A stretch of DNA of 64,000 nucleotides from assembly GCA_028534125.1 (NCBI GenBank), contig CM052817.1:6822001-6886000 (forward strand), given 5' to 3'. The stretch is from Lama glama. Lineage: Eukaryota. The translations under genes were made by a program, and so were the position numbers. The first letter of the stretch is position 1; every line of letters starts with the position of its first letter. Below, piece by piece: positions 13,521 through 25,037 of this stretch. Below the pieces are notes generated by a model, which made no database searches, was not told the origin of the DNA, and saw only the letters and a list, made by a program, of their open reading frames with translations.

Positions 13521-14094
13521 CTTTCTTTGATAACGTTACTAGCCTTCCTTCTATGTGAAGGCTGGGATCGAGAAGCATCTGCCCCAGAATCTGCCTAGAT
13601 TTTTCCAGCAGTTCTCATTTCCAACTGGAAAAGCCTTCTTTCCTTCAGGCAATCAATGTACAGAATAGCCCCACTCTTCCCATGACATGTCATCCCATCC
13701 CCTCCTGAAAAGGAGATATTTTTAGCTTTTCTTCACAAGCAGAAAAGCCACCTCAAATTACGTTAGCGGCATTCGTACAATACGAATGCTGCAGCCTGAC
13801 CCAGATTCCCCACTCTGGCGTGAGGAAAGGAACTTCAGTGCTTCGCTTCATGGTGCTAAGGATGGAAAAGGATGTTTTAGATGTTCTTGAATCAAAATAC
13901 TGAATTAAGAGCTAAGAGCAAAGGAGTGAAAAAGGATGGGGTATAGTTAAAGAAATGTTTAGGTACATAAACAAGAGATGGAAATCTGAATAGCTCATTG
14001 AAACAAACAAGAGGACAAAAGCATTTAAGGAGGCACACAGTGTGGAATCGGATAATTTGAGGCAGCTGGCTGATGATGGGAACTGTATAAAGTG

Positions 14095-14200
14095 CTTTAG
14101 AGGAGAGACTTCCACTGTCTTGCTCACATCTGTATGCCCCAGCATCTAGAAAAGTGTACCCAGAGTGTAATACCCTCTACAGAGTTATTGGCTGAGTGAA
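14095..14200 (+). mobile_element. L2 3' end
   Basis: ctgtcttgctcacatctgtatgccccagcatctagaaaagtg...ttggctgagtgaa. Confidence 0.6.
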
Positions 14201-14878
14201 CAAAATAGTGAATTGTCTGAGGGATACCATCCTGAGATATTTTTGGAGGGACAACAATGCAAAAAAAATGGGCCAGGAATAGGTCTACAGCCTGCAGAGG
14301 AAGCCGGTATCCACCCCTACTTTTTTGCCTTACCGACCATTGCCCTCCTACGCAACAGCGAACTGGTCTTCTTTTCAGTCCTTATACAAATGTGACATTT
14401 TGTTAACTCTACCCCCGCGCACCTTGTGTTTCCATTGTTGGAGGCTTTTCTTCCTTTAGATCATCTAAGTCTCTTCAACAAATGTGGTATCTCTGTCTTA
14501 TATCCCCTCCAATATTTCATGACTCCAGAATGCCTTTGAGTAGTCTCTCATCCTGGATACACACACACACACACATACAAATCTGGTCTAGAACAGTCCT
14601 CCCATAATTCTCTAGTTGATGAACGTCTCATCCACCATCATTTTGAAGAACCTAGTGTTTCTTCCATTAACTCATCACAGAATTAATCTGGTCTGACCTT
14701 GTACTCTAATGATTTTTTATGTGCATTTCCATTATTAGCACTTTTACCTTGCTGTGTCTTTCTTCTTGTTTTTCAATCATTTCAGTGAGGATCATGCATG
14801 TGTGTACGTGTACCACAAATGTAAAGTGCAATCTAGAGATGCAACATTTATCTTTAGGTCTGAGAAATAAATCATGTC

Positions 14879-16675
14879 AAGGAAGATCCAAATAAATGGG
14901 GAGACGGTCCATATATACATGGACTGGAAGACTCAATATTGTCAAAATGTCCATTTTTCCCAACTTGATCTATAGATTCCACAAAATCCCAATTAAAAAA
15001 ATAAACAGCAAGTTACTCTGTAGATATCAATAATTCGATTTTAAAGTTTATATGGAGAGACAAAAGACCCAGAATAACCAGCACTGTATTGAAGAACAAA
15101 GTCATAAAACTGGTATCAACAACTTCAAGATTCCCTGTAAAGCTACAGTAATCAAGGCAGTGTGATACTGGCAAAAACAGACAAATAAATCAATGGAAAT
15201 AGAAAGCCCAAAATAGACCCAAACAAGTGTAGTCAACTGACCATTGACAAAAGCAAAGACTATTTAAGAGAGAAAAGATAGTCTTTTCAACAAATGGCAG
15301 TGGAACAACTGGACATCCAAAAAATGAATCTAGACACAGACTTCAGACTCTTCACAAAAATTAATTCAAAGTTGGTCATAGACTCAAATTTAAAAGGTAA
15401 AACTGTAAAGCTCCCAGGAGATAACATAAGAGAAAATACAGATGAACTTGGGTTTGTGGATGATATTTTAGATACAATACCAAAAACATGATCCATACGT
15501 TTGATTTTATTAAAATTGAAAACCTCTATTCTGCCAAAGACACTGCTAAGAGAATAAAAACACAGTCTACAAATTGGAGAAAAAAATCTTTGAAACTCTT
15601 TGAAACACATATGTTATAAAGGACTGATATACAAACTATACAAAAAAAAAACTCTTAGAACACAACAATAAGAAAACGGACAATCCATTACAAATAGGAA
15701 ACAAGATCTGGCCAGCTCATAAAAGAAGATACATGGATGAAATAAGCACACGAAAATATGTTCAACATTAAATGTCCTCAGGAAACTGCAAATTAAAACA
15801 ACAGTAACACACCTATCAGGATGGCTAAGATCCAAAATACTGACAGCATCGAATGCTGGCAAGGATTCAGGGTAAGAGGAGCTCTCATCCACTGTTGGTG
15901 AGAAAGGAAAACGGCACAGCCACTTTGGAAGACAGTGTGGCGATTTATTACAAAACTAAGTGTAGTTTTACTGTGGAATTCAGCAATTGTGCTTTATGCT
16001 ACTTACTCAAATGAACTGAGAATTTACGTCCACATAAAAGCCTGCAAACAAACATTTAGAGCAGCTCGATTCATGATTGCCAAAACTTGGAGGCAGCTAA
16101 GATGTTGTTAAATAGGTGAACAGATACACTGTGGTACATCCAGACCATGGGATATTATTCAAAGATAAAAAGAGATAAGCTATCAAGTCATGAAAAGACA
16201 TGGAGGAAGCTCCAGTGCCTATCGCTAAGTGAAAGTAGCCAATCCAGCAAAGCACCCTCCATGCTGTACGATTTCAAGTACACGAAGTTCTAGAAAAGAC
16301 AAAACTATAAAGTCGGTCAAAAGCGGTGACTAGGGCCTGGGAAGAGGGGAGGTAAGACAGATAAACAGGTGGAACACGGTCAGGGGGTGGGGTTTGGGGC
16401 AGTGAGACAATTCTATATGACAGTAGCTGGTAAATATACGCCACTGTGTATTTATCAAGACCCATAGAATGTGCAACACCGTTAACCCTAATGTAGACAA
16501 TAGACCTGAGTTAATACTAACTTTTCAGTATTAGCTCATCAATTGTAACAAATGTTCCACGCTATCGCAAAAAAAACTCTGTTTGGGGGCAATAGTGGTA
16601 AGGGGATGTATGAGAAATCCCTATACTTTCCATTTGATTGTTCTATAAATCTAAAACTGCTCTAAGAAAATTAAT
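14879..16675 (+). mobile_element. L1MC-type LINE, 5'-truncated (ORF2 C-terminal part and 3' UTR), degraded
   Basis: Continuous L1 similarity from aaataaatggggagacgg...ggaagactcaatattgtcaaaatgtc to ctaaaactgctctaagaaaa; many stops. Confidence 0.9.
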
Positions 16676-17719
16676 TAGGTCAAAAATGCTACCAAATAAT
16701 TCACAATAAATAAATAAATACATAAGTGGATCATGTCTTTATGGCGTGAAGTTTGAATAAATTGGTCCTTGGAGAATTTGTACCATATATTTAGTAATTC
16801 CTACGTGTCTAAGAAAGCAAAAAAAAAAAATCTTATGAAATACCACTACCCAGGCATAAACACTATTCATTTCTGACATTTAATTAACTATGATCTTGTC
16901 TTACTGGGGTGTAGATATCCTGAAACCAGGGGCAGTGTTTCTCCTAAAATCCATTTCAGAGTATGCAGTAAGTAGTCTATACCAAACATTCTTTTATGAA
17001 TTGATTCATTTATCAATGGTCCTTGGCGACCTTGGGGTCCCACCGTCTAGGCGTGCTTCTGCACTCTTGGCTCCTCCTTCTTCTCAGTCCCACATTTATA
17101 CTTGGTATCAACTGAGTAAAAGGAAATCTTTGCATAAGCAGAAAGCTTTGTGATTGCCTCAGAATGGCTGCAAGAAGTGGGAAAAAAAAGAAGCAGAAAT
17201 TACAAGTAGATTCTGACCCAGCCCGCTCCCCTTCTATCTCCGACCGCTGGCCAGACAGCGGTCTCCTCCGAGCCTCGCTCTCCTCCTCCATGAAATGGTT
17301 CATTATTTAGGCAGACACATCATCCTGCTCACAGCACACTAGCTAATTCTTAATTCTTTATCTCTGCATCATTCTTTTAGCTGACTCAAGAGCTCTAAAT
17401 CTTGCACCTGGACTCTTGCCAAACCAGTTAAATAGGTTTATTTTGATTCTGCATTTCAATTTAAGCTGTTCTTTCTGACCGAACAAGCCCCAGAGCTGAA
17501 GGCTTGCTATTTATAAACAACGTGACTGTCTCCTTATTTTTTTCCAAGACTATTTTTAGCTTTAGCAAAATCACCAAGATTTTGTCTTTTAAAATAAATC
17601 CATGCGGCAGATTTTTTGACTAAAAGGGGGATGCAGAATCGCTTCCTAAAGAATAAAACTGCACTTGAAATTTTCCCTTAAGTAGTTTAAAGAAACTTAG
17701 GTAACTAGGTTATCTACTA

Positions 17720-17840
17720 TGATGTTACAGCTGAAGAGAACTTTAGAAATGATCTGGTCCGCCTCCTCTATTAAGGATGTGAAAATTGCGTACCAGAAAG
17801 AAGTGACATTCAAGGTCACACAGCTATCAGAACTGGGGTT
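17720..17840 (-). mobile_element. MIR3-like SINE
   Basis: gctgaagagaactttagaaatgatctggtcc...caaggtcacacagcta. Confidence 0.6.
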
Positions 17841-18915
17841 AACAGCAAAGGGCCACAGTCTGTTTCACCAGGAAAAAAAATAAAATAAAAGTAAACATTG
17901 AGTGAATATAAGTACACATGAGATACTATTGACAATTCATGGGTAAAGGCATACATTCCGCTATTCTCCTGGTCCCTTATGGGGCAGTTTCTTAAAATTA
18001 GTTCTTCTGAATGAGCCTCATTTTCCTAAGGGTCTAGCTTCAAAGTTGATATAAATTGGAATACATCTAAGCATGGTGTTTCTTTGAAATTTTGTTTCCA
18101 TGTGGGTAGAGAGGTCATAGCGTCAGGGTTCTAGGCACGTCAGGTTTTCTGTCTTTGCAGACACTCTCTGTTCTTGTAAGTGAATGCTGGGTTCAGGTTG
18201 CTCCTTGTTCTGTGAGAAGGTGTAGACCAGTCTGGATGGAGACACTGCCACAAATACACTCTCTCAGGCTGCCTCCCTCTCTGTATTTATTTATTATTTT
18301 TCTTCTCTGCACAGCAAAACTTTTTTACCATAATTTGAATGGTGAGTTCTAAGACACAGTTTTGAGCTTAGGGGGAAGAAAGCCACTCCAGTTTTAAACT
18401 AGAAAAAACGAGGTGCCCATTCAAACTCACTCTAATCAAAGCTGCTTGAGACAAAGACCCAGCACTTTACTGTTAGCAAAGTGTTTCCCTGCCTTTGACT
18501 TGCCTTTGTGGTCTCCCCACTGACCTCGTGGGAGGAGAAGTGACTGACCAAGGGGGGACATGAGCATCCCTGTGTCCCCTGGACTAACACCTGCTACCAT
18601 CTTAGTGTCACCCCAGCCTCACACTGCATCTTATTAAACCCCTAATAGGACTTAATAAATAGCATCCATAATGTGCCAGATACTGCTGAGGTCCCACGTG
18701 TACCTCACTTCCAGTCTTCAACCACACTGCAAGACAATACAATCTGGGGCTGAACAGTGAATCCTAGATCTCTACAGTGCCAAGCCTTCTTACCTCCTAA
18801 CACTAATGGTCGGGGACAAAGGCTGGCTCTGAACAAAATGATACATAGTATTCATCATTCAACTACCACCACCAAAGGCAGCCCCAACCACACATCTTAA
18901 AGATGACAAGATTTA

Positions 18916-19065
18916 TGGTTGGCCCTCCGTGTCTGCAGCCGGGGAGCCCACAGACACGCAGTGCTGACCGTGCTAGCCATTTTATATTAGGGGCTTGAGC
19001 CTCTGTGGATTTTGGCATCTGCAGGGATCCTGGAACCTTATCCCATGAATATCAAGGAATGAGTG
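18916..19065 (-). mobile_element. Short Tigger-family MITE (MER2-like)
   Basis: Degenerate TIRs (tggttggccctccgtgtctg / catgaatatcaaggaatgagtg); TA target duplications at 18914-15 and 19066-67; internal ggatcctggaacc motif. Confidence 0.75.
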
Positions 19066-20569
19066 TATTTTACAGCCGGGGAAATTGGGACTCATGGAAG
19101 TTATATTTGGTGCTCACTTTCCAGCATTTCAGTTGTAACATAATGGAGTCTAACTCAGGGATTGCATTTTCATATATAACTCTTCCCAGAACAGCAAGAG
19201 TCTATCTTTGGCTTGAGAAATGATTGATGTTCCCTTTGAGAAAATGCTTTTTAAAGATACACACATTTGTCATGGGTGTGCCTGAAGTTCTGGGAAGGCA
19301 CTACAAATGGAGGAATCTAGTGGAGCCACGAAGCGCCAGCTCAGGGGTAACGAGGAAGTTATTAAGAGTCTCCATCCTGACCTTGCCATGGCTGAAAATA
19401 AACAGCAGCTCTCCTTAGAGACTCCTGGAAAAAAAAAAATCAAAAGGAGGGCCTGTGAGTAAGGTGTCATGGATCCCAGAGCTTTGCGACCAGATGGGAA
19501 GTTCACGAACAGGGCAAACAGGGAAAGCCTCGTGGCTGCCAAGGCGTGTGACTGAGGAAACACCAGCTACCGCGAACAGGAGCGATGCCCTGAAAGTCTG
19601 TTACTTCAAAGGCAGGGGAGTCCATTCTGTTCTGCCGAGAGCACCGACACTGTCCTTTCCACATCGTGAAAATACATTTATTAACTGAAGGACCCAGGTA
19701 CAAAGTCACCTGTGAAAGCTTTATTCGTTCTCTGGTCACTCTTTCACATACCTTTACATGGTACTATTCTGTATTATAAGTGAGATAATTAACTCCTCAT
19801 GCTCTGCCTGCGTTCACTTGGGTTCTGTCGGGCAAGCAGGCCCATCACGCGTAATGTGGAAAAGGACATGACACAGGGGTCAAGCCACAGATAAATGTGG
19901 GAGATGGCGACGAGGCCTAAGGAAGACAGCTGCCTCAGCACCTGGCAGTAAGACGGAAAGTCGCTGAGGTCAGCGAGGCCTGCAGTCAACAAAAAAGCTG
20001 GACGTAAAATTAAAACTAGCTAGACAAACAGAAGGCTGTAAAGAAAACCGGGATCCATAAGAATGAATGGGAACCTACATCAGTCACTGCCTCCAATTTC
20101 CACAACGTGGGTGACCTGCAGAGAAACCGCGGTCCTTTGTCACAAGGCTGGAGGCTCACCTGGTTTAAGGCTTGAAAAAGCTGAAAGTAGAAATCCAGCA
20201 GGAGGTGGAGGAGCTGCAATTTTAGCAGAAATTAAGCCGCTGGTTTTGTCCCCTGCTAGCAATTAAGTTGGCAAATCAGAAATGCTGCGGTGGTTTGTGT
20301 CATCTTAAACCCACATTTGGAAACTAGTAACGGTGATTTCACTTCTACGTTCCAAGTCATGCTCATTTTGTTTTTCTTGTGCTAAACTTTAATCTGGTTC
20401 ATACGGAGAAGAGAATTCTGGAAAGGCCCAGCTTAATTAAGTCAATACAGGGTAAAGCCGACCCAGACTGTGATCTCCCCAACAAAGTGCAGCATGGCGT
20501 ATTCATTTTCGTAAGGACTTAAAGTGCAAAACCTCGTGTCTAGAAAACAGCAGGAACTTGCAAAAGTTA

Positions 20570-21137
20570 AAAAAAACAGAAACACGCAGTCCGCAAATTC
20601 TTTAGCCTTCTGGCTAAATCTGGGACCTGTTACTGCTTGACCGCATGACACCGTGACAGTTTCTAGGCTCTGAGCCTAAGGAAAAGGCACCTTCCTCTTC
20701 CTGCATCCTGGGACACGTGCTGTTAGAGCTCAGCCATGCCAGAAGGACGCCCAAGCTGCGTGGTGAGGCTGTGACCCAACTACCGCTCCAGCTGCGGTCC
20801 CCGCTGCCACTGGGCGTGTGAGTGTGGGGGTCTTTGCAAGGGCCTGAAATACAGATACCATCCAACTACAGCCATCTGAGAGACGCCCAGTAAGAAGTTC
20901 CCAGTCAATATGGGGAGTCCTGCATAGTGTGTACGTAGCTGAGTACAGTCAATATACAGAGCTCTGAGAGCTAAGAAAAGCATAGTTGTCATTTTTAAGC
21001 CACAGATTTTGGAGTGATTTGTTATGAATATATATATTACAGTACTAATAGAAGGGATATGGCAGCTTCAGCTCTTTGGGCAGCTCTATAGACAAAGTTG
21101 CTGCCCTAGAAAAGCAAATAAACATACATTTTAAATA
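20570..21137 (+). mobile_element. MaLR 5' LTR (MLT1G/H-like)
   Basis: gtccgcaaattcttt start motif; tttaagccacagattttggagtgatttgttatg end motif; about 100 bp of unassigned sequence before the internal region. Confidence 0.75.
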
Positions 21138-23270
21138 GATTTTAGTATCAGAAGTGCAGTGATGCTCTGATTTTTAAAGTGTGGTGGTTAGTCTTGGGAC
21201 TAAGCAGCGAGAAGAAGCTAGAAGGACCTTGAGGAGACTTCTGGTAAAAGCCTCAAATATCTCAAGATGTCTTTCTGTGAGGGCTTAGATAAAAGGTAAA
21301 AACAATGTTTTTAGAAGCTGGAGGAAAGAGAACTTGTGTAGCGGTGGAAAATCTGATAACACCAGCACTTGTGGCAATATATTCATTAGGAAACGTAACA
21401 GATGATCTCAAAAGATTTTCAGCCCGTGTGTTGGTAAAATGTGAGGAGAGAAATGAGCCAAAAAACAAACAGTTAAATATGAAGAAGTAGGGCTTGCTGC
21501 TTTTCAAATTCAAGCTGTCTCTCACTCCCAGCTTCTCCAGACAGCAAGTGAGTCTAAAATTAAGAATGGCTTTGGACAAAGACCAAATACAGGGTGAGTA
21601 GGTTCTATGACCTGAGAACCATCTAAGCAGTATCTCATAAAAATCTTCAAACAAACAAGATCTCGTCTAAGGATTTTAAGGTAGCACCTTGAAGATTCTT
21701 TCCATTCAAGTCAGGCTTCAGATCATCTCAAACTCTTCCAGATGATTGAAAAGGAGGAAATACTCCCAAACTCATTCTATGAAGCCACCATCACCCTGAT
21801 ACCAAAACCAGGCAAAGACACTACCAAAAAAGAGAATTATAGGCCAATATCACTGATGAACATAGATGCAAAAATCCTTATCAAAATATTAGCAAATAGA
21901 ATCCAACAACACATAAAAAAGATTATACATCATGACCAAGTGGGGTTCATCCCAGGGACACAAGAGTAGGTTCAACATACACAAAGCAATCAGTGTAATA
22001 CATCACATCAATAAGAGAAAGGACAAAAACCATGTGATCATCTCAATAGATGCAGAGAAAGCATTTGATAAAATTCAACACCCATTTATGATAAAAACTC
22101 TCACCAAAGTGGGTATAGAGGGAACATATCTCAACATCATAAAGCTATATATGACAAACCTACAGCCAGCATAGTACTCAATGGTGAAAAACTCAAAAGC
22201 TTCCCACTAAAATCTGGGACAAGACAAGGATGCCCACTATCACCACTCCTATTCAACATAGTCCTGGAAGTCCTAGCCACAGCAATCAGGCAAGAGAAAG
22301 AAATAAAAGGGATCCAAATTGGAAAAGAAGAGGTAAAAGTGTCACTATATGCCGATGACATGTTACTATATATAGAAAACCCTAAAAGGTCCACACAAAA
22401 ACTACTAGAGCTGATTGAAGAATTCAGCAAGGTAGCAGGTTACAAAATTAATGTTCAAAAATCAGTTGCATTTCTTTACACTAAAGATGAATCAACATAA
22501 AAAGAAAGTAAAGAAACAATCCCCTTTAAAATAGCACCCAAAGTAATAAAATATCTGGGAATAAATCTAACCAAGGAGGTGAAAGAATTATACATAGAAA
22601 CCTATAAACCATTGATGAAGGAAATTAAAGAAGACTTTAAAAGAAATAGGCCAACTTCTGACAGTAGCTTCCCAGGAAACCTGAAGTAGAGACGAGCTCT
22701 GCTAACAGAGATGCGCAATTTGGTTTATTTTAGTGGAGTAAAACCACATAAAATTCACTTAAAAATCACAAATATTTTAAAACAAATTTATTACAGAAGG
22801 ATCACCAGTTGGGACACAAGGAAGCAGAGGCAATGCAAAATGCAGAAGGCGTTAGGAGACAGGCTGAGAAGACTAATTAGTTGTAAAGTCAATTTTCTTA
22901 TTTAAAAAAGGATGCATGAGTCAGAGGAAGGAACCATGAGTCGAGCACTGGACCAAAGCCTGGGAGAATCACTCCCAGAGGGGAGTGAAGGTCTCCACTC
23001 AGGGATCGAGGACCACTTGCCTAGCTGAACTACAGAATTGCTAGGGGTCAATAACTTCCCGGTGCACTTTGTTTCCCCTCTTTGTTCTAAAGGAGCATCA
23101 GTGCATGTAATTCCGTACCTGCTCCACCTTGTATGCATAGTGGATGTGGAGGTCAGATAAGTTGTCTTTCTAGTTTATAGGTTTTGAGATTGAGAGAATC
23201 CAGAATGCAAAGGTCTGTCCTTAAGGCGTCACACTCAAGGAGGCGATTTAGTTGGAAAGATTTGGAACAG
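21138..23270 (+). mobile_element. MaLR internal region (MLT1-int), split by an L1 insertion at 21721-22642
   Basis: Starts gattttagtatcagaagtg (MLT-int gattttggtacc start); tgtttttagaagctggaggaaag; tagtggagtaaaaccacataaaattcac; cagataagttgtctttctagtttatagg. Confidence 0.75.
21721..22642 (+). mobile_element. Young L1 internal fragment covering the ORF2 reverse-transcriptase domain (pseudogenised)
   Basis: ORFs [38 protein letters not shown] and [19 protein letters not shown] codons at 22348-22359; two frameshifts (~21968, ~22140) and a TAA at 22498. Confidence 0.97.
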
Positions 23271-23274
23271 CTCT

Positions 23275-23662
23275 CAGCAAAATGCACCCTCGGCCAGTTT
23301 TCAGGCCCAGGCTCTACGTGGTCACGTCCTCTTCCTTCTCTGGGGCTTGTCGCTCCTGGAACTCATGCAGCATGCTGGAGGAAGCCCAGGGTCTACAGCA
23401 AGGCCAAGGGCAGGTGCCCCAGCAGACAGTCCCAGCTCTGACTCCAACCACCGGCTGGCACCCACCACCCGCCACGTGAGTGAGGAAGCCTTTGGTACAA
23501 CTCCTGTCCTGCCCACTGTCTAGCTGCAGCCACGTGAGAGGCCAGAACCACTCAGTGGAGCCTCATCAAATCCTAGAATTATGAATATTTAAAGAAAGAT
23601 AACTGCTGTTTTAAGCTTTAAGTTTTGGGGATATTTATTATACAACAGTAGACAGTTGGAAC
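23275..23662 (+). mobile_element. MaLR 3' LTR (MLT1G/H-like, 5' part missing)
   Basis: gccagttttcaggcccagg...catgctggaggaagccca...ttttaagctttaagttttggggatatttattatacaacagtagacagttggaaca; same family and orientation as the 20570 LTR. Confidence 0.8.
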
Positions 23663-24167
23663 ACTCTTTTGTAATCATTTATAAATGAATAAGAGAATTA
23701 ATGGTAAACCCAGGAAGGTTTTACCTGTAACTTTCCATTTCAGTCTTCTTTCTTCTGCATCGCTGGAAATAGTGCCCCAAATGAAATAAAGCACTGATTT
23801 AAGAAACTTCATCTGTCATTACCTCCAAAGAAATACAGACTGGCCCTCCTCTCTCAGGGTTGATGATGTAATTTGGATGAAGACGGAAAGAATGTGAGTG
23901 AATATCTGGATTAACCATTAGGTTTATACATACATCAATAACTTACATTGCTCCATTTCTTTCTTTTTAGTTTAAAGCAAAGCAAGACAATGAATGGCTG
24001 TGATATGCCTCCCCTTTCCCAGGATGCAGCACTTAAAATACAGCTCCTCCCTTGAGAACTCAATCCTCTAGCGAGGGGTCGAGATTAACAAACATGAAAC
24101 GGGTTCATACAGCGCCATTTACAGAAAGATGAATTGAACTCAGAATTAGGAACCTTTCGTCCTAGAT

Positions 24168-24398
24168 CATGGATTGGCATTTTTTTTGTTGCTGTTCATA
24201 ATAAGTCAGATAGTCAATAATTTAGGCTTTGCAGGCCGTTTAGCCTCTGTTGCAGCTACTCAGCTCTGCTACTGTAGCATGAAAGCAGCCACTGATGGCA
24301 TGTGAACGAGGGAGTGGACTGTGTTCCTTGGAAACTTTATGAGCAAAAGCAAGGGGCCAGCTGGGTTGAGTCTGCAGGTTGCCATTTGCGGACTCCTG
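24168..24398 (+). mobile_element. MER58A-like hAT-Charlie MITE nested in a MIR
   Basis: cagatagtcaataatttaggctttgcaggcc...gcagctactcagctctgc; 8-bp TSD tcctagat (24160-67) / ttctagac (24399-406); MIR sequence continues on both sides. Confidence 0.9.
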
Positions 24399-24699
24399 TT
24401 CTAGACCTTGCCTTGCCATTGGTTAGTTGAGGGGCCGAGGATGTGTCATTTCTCTTATCTATAAAACGCAGATCAGAGTAGCAGACCCCTGACATTACCA
24501 GAAAGAGAAGATGCTAAAGGAACGCCTGTGGACTTTCTCTGAAATCTCTGTTGTGCTACAGGGATGTTCAGTTAGCTGTCATTATTATGCCCCTCCCCAA
24601 GCCTCCTGGCTCTGTTCTCTTAGCCATCTGGAGGACCTTTCTTGGGAAACTGCAGTCGTTCCTTCCTTTTCACTTCGGGCCGGAGAGAAGTTTGTTGGG

Positions 24700-25037
24700 T
24701 CCATCTCAGGCCCTCGTGGCCTTGATATCCAAGAAGTCATCTTCACTCCGTGGCTCCTAATACGATGTTTCGTAAATGGTCCTTCCCTGACCCTGCTATC
24801 TAAATTAGCTGTCACTGCTCTCTCCGATAGATGCTGCTTCATTTTCTTCATGATACTTATCACAATCTGAAATCATCTCGTTCTTTTATATCCTTGCCTC
24901 CTAATTATCTGTCAGCCCCAATAGGATGACAATTCATTTTCTGATTTGTTGAATAGTATCTCTTCAGCACTTAGGGACACACTTGCCATGTATCATGGAT
25001 TCAACACACATTTGTTGGATGACTTGAATGAATGAAA
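24700..25037 (+). mobile_element. L2 3' region
   Basis: ccttccctgaccctgctatctaaa...catttgttggatgacttgaatgaatgaa. Confidence 0.75.

Noticed and set aside
16507..16538. Imperfect hairpin tgagttaatact...agtattagctca
   Set aside because: Lies in the L1MC 3' UTR, where the element sequence itself is quasi-palindromic.
14871..16737. Possible TSD atcatgtc flanking the L1MC
   Set aside because: Only 8 bp, about 55 bp from the element end, and in an ancient element; cannot be distinguished from chance.
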